Shown: positions 12,101 through 22,875 of the stretch, piece after piece | How the letters are laid out: each line of letters starts with the position of its first letter | Position numbering within the stretch: position 1 is the stretch's first letter | DNA from: Neocallimastix sp. 'constans' | Lineage: Eukaryota | DNA length: 64,000 nt | NCBI GenBank assembly: GCA_050613775.1 | Contig: JBODTK010000140.1 | Location: forward strand, 372,001-436,000 | Reading direction: 5' to 3' | The notes under the pieces: generated by a model | Databases searched by the model: none | The model's input: the letters and a program-made list of their open reading frames with translations, nothing else | What the model was told of the DNA's origin: nothing | Translations under genes and position numbers: made by a program

Positions 12101-13543
12101 GAATTAAACAGCATGAAAAACTTAAAAGTTTATAAGAAAGTTGATAGGGTACCCAAGGGTAGTAATATAATAACACCAAAGTGGGTGTTCAGATACAAAT
12201 ATAATTCAGACAATAGTATAAATAAAAGAAAAGCAAGACTGGTAGCCAGAGGTTTTACACAAAAACAAGGCATTGATTATAATGAGACGTTCTCGCCCAC
12301 ATTGAAACAGGACTCTTTGAGAATAGCAACTGCTATTGCATCAGCCAATAACTTTAATATATATCAAATTGATATAAAATCAGCCTACCTAAACGCTACA
12401 CTAAACGAAGATGTTTATATGGAAATTCCAGAAGGTGCTGAAGATTATAAAAATGGCTATTGGAAACTAAATAAAGCCTTGTACGGTTTGAAACAGTCTG
12501 GTCGTTTGTGGAACGAGACTTTAAATGAAAAACTTATAAATATTGGTTTTAATAGACTTCGAAGTGAACCATGCATTTACGTTAAAATGAATGATCGGAA
12601 TAAAATTATTTGTCTTCTTACAGTTTATGTAGATGATATATTATTAACAGGTAATGAACATGAAGTATATAAAACAAAACATTTATTAAAAAATTATTTT
12701 AACATAACTGATATAGGTCCTGTGGATACAATCATTGGCGTTAAATTTATAAAAGAAAAGGACGGCTATCTATTGCAACAACATAAATATCTAGAGAATA
12801 TATTAAGAAAATTTGATATAGATAAGTATAAAATATCTTCAAATATGATACCAGAAGAAAATGAAGAATTAAGAAAAAGAAAATTCAATATCACGAAATA
12901 CCAACAAGCTATAGGTAGTTTATTATATCTCGCGATATGTACTAGACCGGATATCTTATTTCCTGTGAATAAAGCTTCCAGAAAAGCCAAAGATCCAAAT
13001 TATGAAGATTGGTATAATGTCATCAAAATATTTAGATACCTCAAGGGAAAACCTAATTATGGTTTAAGGTATTCAGGAAACTTAAAATTAAATGTTTATG
13101 TAGATGCAGATTACGGAGGAGATGTAGAGTCTAGAAAATCTACTACGGGTTATATAATTAAAATAGGTTCAGGACCTACCTCATGGTATTCAAAATTACA
13201 ACACTGTGTATCTTCTGCCGAAAGTGAATATTATGGAATAAATGAATGCGCTAGACATTGCTTGTGGTATGAAAATGTATTAAATGAATTAAAATTAAAT
13301 TGTAATTGTATAACAATAAATGTAGATAATAAAGCTGCCATTTATAATTGCGAAAATGAAACTATTAACCCAAGATCTAGACACATAGACATAAAATATC
13401 ACCACACAAGAGATCTTATTAAAGAAAATAAAATAAAACTAAAATATATAAAGTCTGAAGATAATCTAGCCGATGGTTTTACAAAGTATCTTAATACATA
13501 TCTATTAAATAAATTTAGAGATTCTATTATGGTGAAGTGTTAG
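9068..13543 (+). CDS. pol: Copia Pol (PR-IN-RT-RNase H), +1 frame relative to gag; frame open from 9068
   Basis: Motifs WTIDSGA (protease); WHRRLGH..CIIC, IHMD, RTDNGTEF, QNGRAER (integrase); KARLVARG, YVDD (RT); DADYGG, DNKAA, ADGFTK (RNase H). Confidence 0.95.
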   Translation, partial: ASKITIQMKISNPHTPFDRGVDATKAENNMPRQNLSYYVTAPSTKAKLPSNIVSWTIDSGATYHMTNALSSLIDKIRCEEIIQFADGGTVTATYKGTYVGYINNNEITLRNVLYIPKFKRSLLSIDNLSEEGYKTIFYNFNNKNLVTIYNKEGKRIFTTKSNKSKIYKVWTFKNKIEYNRDNNKKTITCDNIIKAFNTENMELWHRRLGHFYIDNIKEKLNNINIQNKCIICASKMRNKPYNKARNKSKEPFELIHMDTVSSLDSSIYGNKYFLSILDDYTRYGWVFFMNSKAEVFNIFRKWYKKVTNIFNKNIKYIRTDNGTEFTNNNFRKFCEENGIEQQFSIPYNPQQNGRAERFQETLIYNATAMLKDGKLNHKYWEDAVRTANYIHNRLPHNGNNNKVPFEELYQEKVDYEKFRVFGCQVYFYIPKQFRRKFNGTSLPGIFLGYDDKNPTAYIIYDTTNNKIVLSRTVEFFEDTPGNISAPSTRPEIYNFEVNMEEYDENNKNTVLLQDYNNKNKEHENKETTENREENKNNNNINNNDNLNNLNNNYLENNNLNNNNNNINNNYPNDNNLNKYNFNKNYLNDNNINFTYSPNPNKNFPQSTNIIDPYKNYNNYNILPLNNLNSNISSNLPFAENLNPAIYNYNAGFINPNLNYLNKNNYIQNENYNNFLNEYKGHLYLNDNNLNNNYINKIINYENNAQNSSNSGNLNNKNSEDNSQGKYNLINNINNKNDKMEQSIHNSNCNDNVMNGNSSSIDNNYVKNNYIPNNNLYKNNFNTKMRINNLYDGQSNMNDVQRINNNSNINKELNSNIKNELNSNVNKELNSNVNKELNSKVNKELNSNINNELNSNVNKELNSNVNKELNSNENKELNSNENKELNKLDMNNKSNNSTISNINNDKETPDKTNNKKTSKRKGKRKLDSETKPESKKLKSSNLKDKNVKRKGKRKLDSELKPESKKIKSFDLMDIIEDNFSLLSTKEELCEPYNYPDIFNKIDKNEWLQAVKEELNSMKNLKVYKKVDRVPKGSNIITPKWVFRYKYNSDNSINKRKARLVARGFTQKQGIDYNETFSPTLKQDSLRIATAIASANNFNIYQIDIKSAYLNATLNEDVYMEIPEGAEDYKNGYWKLNKALYGLKQSGRLWNETLNEKLINIGFNRLRSEPCIYVKMNDRNKIICLLTVYVDDILLTGNEHEVYKTKHLLKNYFNITDIGPVDTIIGVKFIKEKDGYLLQQHKYLENILRKFDIDKYKISSNMIPEENEELRKRKFNITKYQQAIGSLLYLAICTRPDILFPVNKASRKAKDPNYEDWYNVIKIFRYLKGKPNYGLRYSGNLKLNVYVDADYGGDVESRKSTTGYIIKIGSGPTSWYSKLQHCVSSAESEYYGINECARHCLWYENVLNELKLNCNCITINVDNKAAIYNCENETINPRSRHIDIKYHHTRDLIKENKIKLKYIKSEDNLADGFTKYLNTYLLNKFRDSIMVKC
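11489..11722 (+). repeat. In-frame 24-bp minisatellite, ~9.7 copies, encoding (V/I/E)NKELNSN
   Basis: gtaaacaaagaattaaattcaaat repeated inside the pol IN-RT linker. Confidence 0.95.
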
Positions 13544-14084
13544 TCACAATTGAACTTTAGGAGGAGTGTTAAAAATAAAGTTCAAATAGTATAGTAATTT
13601 ATATTATATATATTTAAATCTCTATGTATGTATGTATGTATGTGGCTTAATACATATAATATTAATATGAAGTTATTGTGTAATTGATGTAGTAAAAAAC
13701 TAATACATGTAATTAGTATAAAATAAAATAATAATTTAATAATTAAATAAAATAGAACTTAAATAAATAAAAAAAAAAATAAAAAATAAAATAAAATAAA
13801 AATAAAAAACAAAAATACTATATTATAGTTAGTTATATAACTTAGAATATAATATTATTAATATATTAAATAATTAAACATGTATTGTTATGTAAATATA
13901 TCATGGCGCATATATGACGTACATCATATACTTACATAAACAACCAAATATAGTTATATTAAATGTAATAAATAATGTTTATATAATTGTATTATACAAT
14001 TAATTATAAACAATAACCTTATTAAATAAAGATATTATTAAAAGTAGAGATCGAAATCTCAATTTCAAAGAAATATTTTTAATA

Positions 14085-14098
14085 GATTAAGAGTCTCA
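14085..14098 (+). promoter_or_regulatory. Primer-binding site of the outer Copia (tRNA-Lys(CUU) anticodon arm)
   Basis: gattaagagtctca directly after the 5' LTR, identical to the inner element's PBS although the LTR bodies differ. Confidence 0.8.
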
Positions 14099-14277
14099 AT
14101 TTGACTCTACTAGTGTTTTATAATATTATATAACGAGTTTTTAATATTAAAATTCAGAAATATTTTTTTAATAACGATTAAATCATTTATTGATTATTCA
14201 ATATAGTAATTACATATTTTATTTTGTTGTCTTTAAAAAAAAAAAAAAAAAATAATAATAAATAAAAATAAAACAAA

Positions 14278-15356
14278 ATGAGTGAATCATTAACAATTTC
14301 ATCTAATGTCAAAGTATTGAGTAAAAAGAATTATCCTTGTTGGGCCTCTGATATGGAACTGTTACTTGTCACCCATGAATTAGAATCTTATATTTACGAA
14401 GATAACGTTAAGATAATACATAAATCAGACAGCGAATACGAAGAAGGATGTATTCCAATTATGTGCACTAAGGACCTGTACTACGCAAAAGGAGTGACTA
14501 AAAAGCAAATAAAAAATGATGCAATGAAAAAAGAATAATAAGTCTTAATCTTGATGACTCAATCATGATTAAAATAGATTTCAGAACAAAATCAGCACAT
14601 CAAGTTTGGAAGCTGATTGAATCTACCTACTTAGAAAGTGAAGAGCAAAGGAAAATAAATTATAGAAAAGAATTGGAAGTAATGTCCTTTAACAAGAATG
14701 AAGATTTTGAATTGTTTTTGTCTAATATGATAAATATTTTTAATAAACTCAAGGATTTAAATGATGAGGTTAGTGACGAAGCAAAATATAATTATCTTTA
14801 TAAATCGTTACCTTATGACCTCATACATGCGACCAACATTATTAGCTATCACGATAATTGGGAAGGATGCTGCAAGCATTTAAATAAAATAATTCCAAAG
14901 TTAAAATTCTTAAAGGAATATAAAAATAATCAATATAACACTAATGCCTTGTTTAGCAGCACTGAAGAAAATAAACATAAAAATGTAAATCATAATTATA
15001 TAAACAAAAGAAATAATACGTACAATATTAATAAAAATTTCAAATGTTATAATTGTGGCGGTTTCGGGCACATTGCAAGAAATTGTAGCAGTAAACGCCA
15101 CATTAACAATGGTAAAAATTACAACTTAAATAAATATAAACACAATAATAAAGGAAAAGAGTATTCATACAAAAATAGAAAATACAATTCTAGAAAAGGA
15201 CGTACATATGCGAACAATGTAGAAGAAACAAAATATGAAGAAAATTATAAAAACATTTATGATAACGTTTTAAATACAGATTACAACGATAATGAACATT
15301 GTGAATCTAATAGTGCGATTGTAGAGAAAAAGATAAGTAATAAAAAGGATTTTTAA
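14278..15356 (+). pseudogene. gag: Copia Gag (outer element) with one frameshift in an A-run near 14527-14533
   Basis: ORFs 14278-14538 and 14565-15356 join into a homolog of the inner Gag (DAMKK/RIISLNLDDSIMIKIDF vs DSLAKHLINNSISDEIKIKLDF). Knuckle CYNCGGFGHIARNC. Confidence 0.88.
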
Positions 15357-18130
15357 ATAACGGCAGTGTACTCCCTATGCAGAATATTGATTATTATACT
15401 GCCGATAATTTAACAATAAATTTACCTAATAAAATCAATAATGACGTTACTGAATGGACTTTAGATTCTGGAGCGTCATATCACATGACTGGGAATGTTA
15501 ATAACATAGTCGACTCTCAAAAACATGAAGTAAGCATCCACTTCGAAAATAATCATATAATTAAATCAAAATTAATTGGAAAACTTGTAGGTTATATTAA
15601 TGGTAACAAAATTACTCTTAATAACGTCTTGTATATACCTACATTCAAGAAAAATCTTCTTTCAATTGATCATTTGAGTAATGAAAACTTTAAAACAGTA
15701 TTTTATAGATACAAAAATAAAAATCATGCTGCTATATTTAATAACAAAAATAAAAGAATATGCACATCAATATCAAATAATTCTAAAGCATATAAAGTAA
15801 TAATGACTAGAAAAAATATTAATATGCCCAACAGATACACTTGTAATAATTTAGAAAAAGCCACAGAAGATAATAATATGGAATTGTGGCACAGACGTAT
15901 AGGCCATTTTAATATTGATTTAATTAAAGATAAATTATCCAAAATTAACATCTCGAAAAGATGTAAAATATGTTCAAAATCAAAACTAAAAAATTTCCCT
16001 TATCTACCTGCAAAAAATAATACCAAAGAAACATTCGAGCTTATTCATATGGATCTAGTATATGTACCAGACTACTCTGTTTATGGAAATAAATATTTCT
16101 TAACTATATTAGATGACTACTCAAGATACAGCTGGATTTGTTTTAAAGAAAATAAAAGTAAAACATTTGATGCTTTTATCAACTGGTACAATCAAATTAA
16201 AAATATTTTTAATAAAAATATAAAGTATATTAAGACTGACAATGGTACTGAATTCTTTAACAATAGATTTAGAGAATTTTATGATAAAACCGGTATAGTA
16301 CATGAGAGTACTATTCCTTACAATCCTCAACAAAATGGAAGAGTTGAGAGATTACATGGAACTTTGATTTCTAATGCAGAGGCAATGCTTACAGATGCAA
16401 AGTTAAATCATAAATTTTGGGAATATGCAGTTTCAACTGCTAATTATATCCATAACAGGTTACCACATAAAAGTAACAATAATAAGATCCCATATGAAAT
16501 ATTATATAATGATAAGGTTGACTATAATAAATTTAGGGTATTTGGGTGTTTAACATATTTCTACGTACCCAAACAATTTAGAAAAAAGTTTTGGAATACC
16601 ATTTTACCAGGTATATTTTTAGGGTATGATGAAATTAATCATACAGCCTATAAAATATATGATATTACAAACAATAAAATAATTCTTTCAAGAGCTGTAG
16701 TATTCATAGAAGATGAATCAGGAAATATGAATTCCCCTTTTTCTACTCCAGACACATTAAATTTCATACCATATTGTGAAATCGAAGAAAATAATGATGA
16801 TATTGAAAATGATAATAATATTGATAATAATGTTAATAATTATAACAATAATAATATAGGTGACAGTAACAATAACTATAATTATAACATTTATAATGAT
16901 AATAATACAACAGAAAATATAGAAAATATGAGAAAATCAAATAATAATAATTATAATAATTATAATTTAAATGAAAAATTTATTAATCCATATTTTAATC
17001 CAAATATTCCTTATAATGATGTTAATTTTAATAATTACCAAAATACTAATAATAATTTTATTTCCCCAATCAATTACAACTATCCTAATGTACCATTTTA
17101 TAATATTAATGAACCAAATTATTTAAATCCTGACTTTAATCCTCAATTAATAAATTCACAAAACATTAATTCTTCATTTATAAATAATAATAAAAATAAT
17201 TTAAATGAACTTTATTCAAATAATAATTATAATTATTTCCAAAATGAAAATAATAAATATTTTTTAAATGGAAATAAAAATTATAATTATAATAATGATT
17301 ATTTATTGAATAATTATAATAACAATTTAAATAATATTAATTATTCAAATAATTTAAATAAAAATATTGTTAATTATAATAATAATAAATTTATAGGTAA
17401 TTCGAAAAATGTAATCAGGAATATTCAGGATAATGAAACAGATAATATTAACGTTGATTTCAATAAAGCAAACAATATTAATCAACCCATTGAGAATAAC
17501 AATAATTCATTCAATATTAATAATCTCCTTAAGGATCAAGATTTAAATAGGATAAATACTAATTTAATTCAAGAAAACTTAAATTTTGAAGTAGATAATG
17601 TAAACAAACCTTTAAAGGAAAATGTATATACAGGAATAAATAATAATGGAAATATTACTAATAATTTAAATTTTAATTATAATAATAATGCCAATGAAAA
17701 TATAAATAAACTTAACTTGAATAATGTTAATGAGTTATATGGGAATGATTTTGATGATAAATATAAACATAATTTAAATGTTAACAATCAAGAAAATATA
17801 AATCATACTACAGGTAATGAAATAAACGTAAGTAATATAACTCATGATAATATTAGTGTAAATGAACCAAATGTTAATTCAAATAATCCGAATACGAATG
17901 AAAGTAATGAGGAATATAATAATTTAAATAAATCTAAAGGTATTTTGAATAAAACTATTATTGAAAAAATAAATATAAATAAAAATATGAATAAGAATAA
18001 CAATGATATATATTCAAATAAAAATAAAAATAGTAATATTAATAATGCAAATGTTGATGATGAATTTGCTGAATTACGAGAACACTTAAAAACCAATTAT
18101 AATAATAATATAAATGAAATATATCATATA

Positions 18131-18190
<60 letters not shown>

Positions 18191-20268
18191 TACTTAAAAC
18201 GTTATGGAGATTATATTAAGGATACATATATTAATAAAAATAATAATGTTAATATGAATGATAAATATAATTACAATACGTTTAATAAAACTAATAAAGA
18301 AAAGGTTAGTATTGTTAACACTAAAAATGCTGACAATAATAATGCAACTTCAAAGAAGTCAGCATATACAAAATAAAAAAGAAAAATACAAAAAATAAGG
18401 TAAATAAAATATTAACTAATAAATTGAATGAAGTAAATAAGGATATTAAACATACTGAACAAGATAAACAAACTAATTCTTTTTATAAAAATAAAAACAA
18501 GATTAAAAGTACTTATGTAAATAAACAAAATAAGCAACAATCTAATATGTTTAATAATAACGATAATAATTCGAAATTAAACATTAATAATAACCAACAA
18601 ATAAGTTTATTATGTACAAAAAGAAAAATTAGATATAACCCAGGAAATAATAACAAACGGTTAAAACCTTTTAGTATAGATAACATTTTAAATAATTACG
18701 TGACTCTTATATCTATTGATAATAATAACTTAAGGGAACCAAACAACTATAGAGATATTTTTAATTTAGAAGATAAAAAAGAGTGGTTGAAAGCCGTCGA
18801 TGAGGAGCTAAATAATATGAAAAAAATGAGAGTGTTTACGTTAATAGATAAAGTACCTAAAGGAGCAAATATTGTTTCTACTAGATGGGTCCTTAAATAT
18901 AAAAAAGACTCAGAAGGAAATATAATTAAACGAAAAGCTAGACTAGTAGCAAGAGGGTACTCTCAAATATATGGTGTGGATTATAGAAATACCTTCTCCC
19001 CCACACTTAAACAGGATACACTCCGAATAATTATAGCTATTTCAGTTCACCATAAATTTAATATTCATCAAATGGATATTAAAGCCGCCTATTTAAACGC
19101 CGAACTAAAGGAAGATATATACATGGAACTACCTGAAGGTCTAAATAAAAAGGGTTTTTGTAAATTAAATAAAGCTTTATACAGCTTGAAACAATCAGGT
19201 AGGATGTGGAATGAAACATTTAATAAAGTATTAATAAGTTTAAACTTTAAAAGGTTCATTAGCGATCCATGTGTATATATTAAAAAAGATAACGATAGTA
19301 ACATAAAATGTATTTTAGCCGTGTATGTAGATGATATTATTATATCTGGAACTGATGCCGAAATTAAGAAAACCAAAAAATTAATTAAAAATAATTTTGA
19401 AGCTACCGATGTAGGTGAGATTGATTTTATAATTGGTATAAAATTCGTTAAATGTGATGACGGTTATTTTATATATCAAATAAAATATTTAGAAGATATT
19501 CTAAATAGATTTGACATAAACAAATATAGTCCAACGTCGAACACCATACCTATTGAATATAAAGAATTAAGAAATAAATACTTTAATCCTACAAGATATA
19601 AACAAGCAATTGGAAGTTTGCTTTATCTGGCTTTAAGTACTAGACCTGATATTCTATATTCAGTCAGTAAGGCTTCAAGGAAATCTGAAAAACCCACATA
19701 TGAGGATTGGTATAACTTATTAAAAATATTTAGATACTTAAAAAAGAACCCAAATTATGGTATAAAATTTTCATATAATGATAAAATTAACCTTGAAGTA
19801 TATGTTGATGCCGATTTAGGTGGCGACAAAGAAACTAGGAGATTAACTACTGGATTTCTAATGCTAATTAATTCAGCCCCAACAAGCTGGTTCTCTAAGC
19901 TTCAACATTGTGTTTCTGTATCAACAGCAAAGAGTGAATATTACGGTATTCATGAATGCGCAAGACACTGCTTATGGTATAAAAATATATTTAAAGAATT
20001 TGGAATCAAACATGAATGTATAACAATCAGCACAGATAATAAAGCAGCAATTTATAATTGCGAAAATGAAACAATTAACCCGAAATCAAAACATATAGAT
20101 TTAAGATACCATAGTATTAGAGAACTGGTAAGAAATAATTATATAGATTTAAAATATATTAAATCTGAGTTTAATTTATCAGACGGTTTAACTAAATACT
20201 TAAATACTACTTTAATGAATAAATTTAGAAATAACATTCTTTCTAGCTTTAATGATCTTAAACTTTAG
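15344..20268 (+). pseudogene. pol: Copia Pol (outer element), -1 frame relative to gag, with one frameshift in the Asn-rich linker (between 18310 and 18376)
   Basis: WTLDSGA, WHRRIGH..CKIC and KTDNGTEF lie in 15377-18376. KARLVARG, YVDD and DADLGG lie in a second frame open 18310-20268. Confidence 0.92.
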
Positions 20269-22875
20269 GGGGAATGTTAGAAATAAAGTTTAATATTATG
20301 ATACTATATTATAGTTAGTTATATAATAACTTAGAATATAATATTATTAATATATTAAATAATTAAACATGTATTGTTATGTAAATATATCGTGGCGCAT
20401 ATATGACGTACATCATATACTTACATAAACAACCAAATATAGTTTTATTAAATGTAATAAATAATGTTTATATAATTGTATTATACAATTAATTATAAAC
20501 AATAACCTTATTAAATAAAGATATTATTAAAAGTTGAGTTCGAAATATCAATTTCAAAGAAATATTTTTAATATACATTAATAAATATTTTTCATATGGA
20601 CAATATAAAAATTAATAAAAAAGTAATATATTAATATACAATTATTTAAATTTTTAAAAGTAGTAAAAAAATAATATGAAAAGTAAATAGCTTAATAAAA
20701 AATTCTATATAATTAAAAATAAATGATTTTTAAAATTTTTTATACTATATATTTTAATAAAAAATTCCATATGATTAGCAAATTTTAAAAATTATTTAAT
20801 AATTATTTTTAAAGTATATAAATATTCAATAATTTTATGAAGCATCAATTTCTTTAAAAGTATAATTATATAACTATTTTTATTTCTGTCTTTCAATAAT
20901 TAACTTTTTTTTTTTTTAATTTCGTTTTAAAAAATAGTATTATTCTATTATTATTATCATTATTTTGTATTTTCAATTTTATTCATACTTATAATTATCT
21001 TTATTTTAATAAAAAGTAAAAATTTCAGTATTTTCGAGACTACTCAAGATAAACAGTATGTAGACAGTAATTATACTATTTTTAAAAGTGTACGACTATT
21101 TTTATCGGAGAGATATCTTCCTTCGCTAACTACTAAATTTATAAAACTCAGGTTAAAATAATACACCAATGTTAATAGAATAGTCCCAACATGTTCAAAT
21201 ACAACATCTCTATCTCAAAACAAACTTATCTTCAGTACAATTTGTAAAATTATAATTTTCATAAAGGAAAAAACACAATTCAAAAATACATTTTATTCAA
21301 ATAGATTTTCAATATAAAATTTATTCCATAATCAAATTTTTCTATTGATCGAATGCCCATGTAAAACGACATAAAACATTCCAATTAATTGACAAGCTTA
21401 GTAATATATATTTTCAAATTATACTCAAAAATTTCAATTTTAGTGACAGCATTAATTATTTAAAATCAAATATTATACAAAATACAAAGACAATAAATTT
21501 TAATACTATAGTGTTCTTACTTTAAGTTACTTTAATACTAAAATATATACATAATTAATTAATATATATCTTTATATTGTAATAATTATAAAAAAATATA
21601 AATATTTTAATTTATTCCCCTTATTTCTCATTTTATAAAACATACATTTTTTTTCTTTTCACATAATATAATAAACTATGATAAAAAAAATAAAAATAAA
21701 ATAAAAAAAAAATTAAATTAAAATGTGAAAAATTATTATCATTCACAATTTCTGTAGTTCTTTATAATTCTTAATAACCTACTTTATATTTTAAATTTAT
21801 GAGATTATATAAATTGTATATCAAATACAAGATATTAAAATTTATAAAAATATGATTGGATAAAAATACCCCACATATATCAATATAATGAAAAAATGCA
21901 AATCGGGATGTATTAAGTAAAAAAATTTATAAAAATGTTTTATCATATTTTATATATATTAGTATAAATTGAAATATATATAAAACATATTTATAAATAT
22001 TTTTATTAAAAAGACTATTTATTAATTACATAAATTCATTTATTAAAAAAAAGAAGAGTTTTTTAGTTTTTTAGGAATATTACTATATATAACAATATAT
22101 TAATAAATTGAAACAAAATTATTTCATATTTATGTAATATATTACAATATATAGTAATTAAAATAATCAAAATAGGAATTATACTTTAATTTTATTAATA
22201 AAATTTAAAATATTAATATTATAATATTCATTTAAAAATAATAATATTAAATCAGCTAAAGATTAAAGTAATAATGTAAAAAAATGATTAAAATTATAAA
22301 TAAAATTTTTTTGTTTTGAATTTCTTTTACTCATTAATCTTTCTTTTTTTTTTTGTTTAATTTATAAAAGTAAATATAAATCATTAAAAGGATTAAAGTA
22401 ATTATATTTAAATTTAATAAGCAAATAAATTTTTATTTTGGGATATGAATGTTAATGAGAGAAAAAAAGTGTAATAAAAAAGTAGATAAGTAAAAGCGAA
22501 CAATACCATAATTTAACTAGATAAATAAAATATATGAAATGAAGATTATACGTTTTAACATTTATTTGAAAAAAATTTACAACTAAAATATATAAACAAA
22601 CTAAATAAAAAAAATAAAAATAAAAATAAAAATTAAAACAAGAATTAAAACAAAAAGCAAAAACTAGAATCAAACAACAAAAATAATAAATTCATTGAAT
22701 AGATAAAACAACAGTAGAAAATATAAATTATTATAATTATTGGAAAATGAAATATCAAATAAAAAATAAAATAAAAGAATAAATTAATAGATTTGAAGTT
22801 TAATAAAAGAAAATTATTTATTGTAATAATTAATAGTTTTTTTTATTTTCAAATACTACAATAGATATTCATAAA

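Larger units (their letters stand above)
7829..13814 (+). mobile_element. Inner Ty1/Copia LTR retrotransposon (young). LTRs 7829-8077 and 13567-13814; TSD ATACT
   Basis: ATACT at 7824-7828 and 13815-13819. The LTRs are identical by eye except for one A in a homopolymer. PBS 8078-8092, PPT aggaggag 13559-13566, uninterrupted gag and pol ORFs. Confidence 0.97.
7798..20573 (+). mobile_element. Outer Ty1/Copia LTR retrotransposon (older, disrupted). 5' LTR split as 7798-7828 + 13820-14084; 3' LTR 20275-20573; TSD TACAT
   Basis: TACAT at 7793-7797 and 20574-20578. The LTRs differ by about 5 substitutions and one 3-bp indel. PBS at 14085, PPT agggggaa at 20267-20274, domain order gag-PR-IN-RT-RH. 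Confidence 0.95.

Noticed and set aside
18310..18376. Second programmed frameshift inside the outer pol
   Set aside because: No good slippery heptamer or stem, and the inner relative is continuous here. It is most likely a lesion or sequencing indel.
8697..19376. Antisense ORFs within the Copia elements
   Set aside because: Short shadows of gag/pol codon structure and the minisatellite; not shared between the two elements.
7703..20659. Unusually long (~90-bp) TSD around the outer Copia
   Set aside because: The register fits a pre-existing tandem duplication interrupted by the element, with a normal 5-bp TSD (TACAT).
21025..21460. Coding-like island (minus-strand RDVVFE resembles a Copia integrase tail)
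   Set aside because: Many stops and no second convincing motif. It may be a decayed relic but cannot be assigned.
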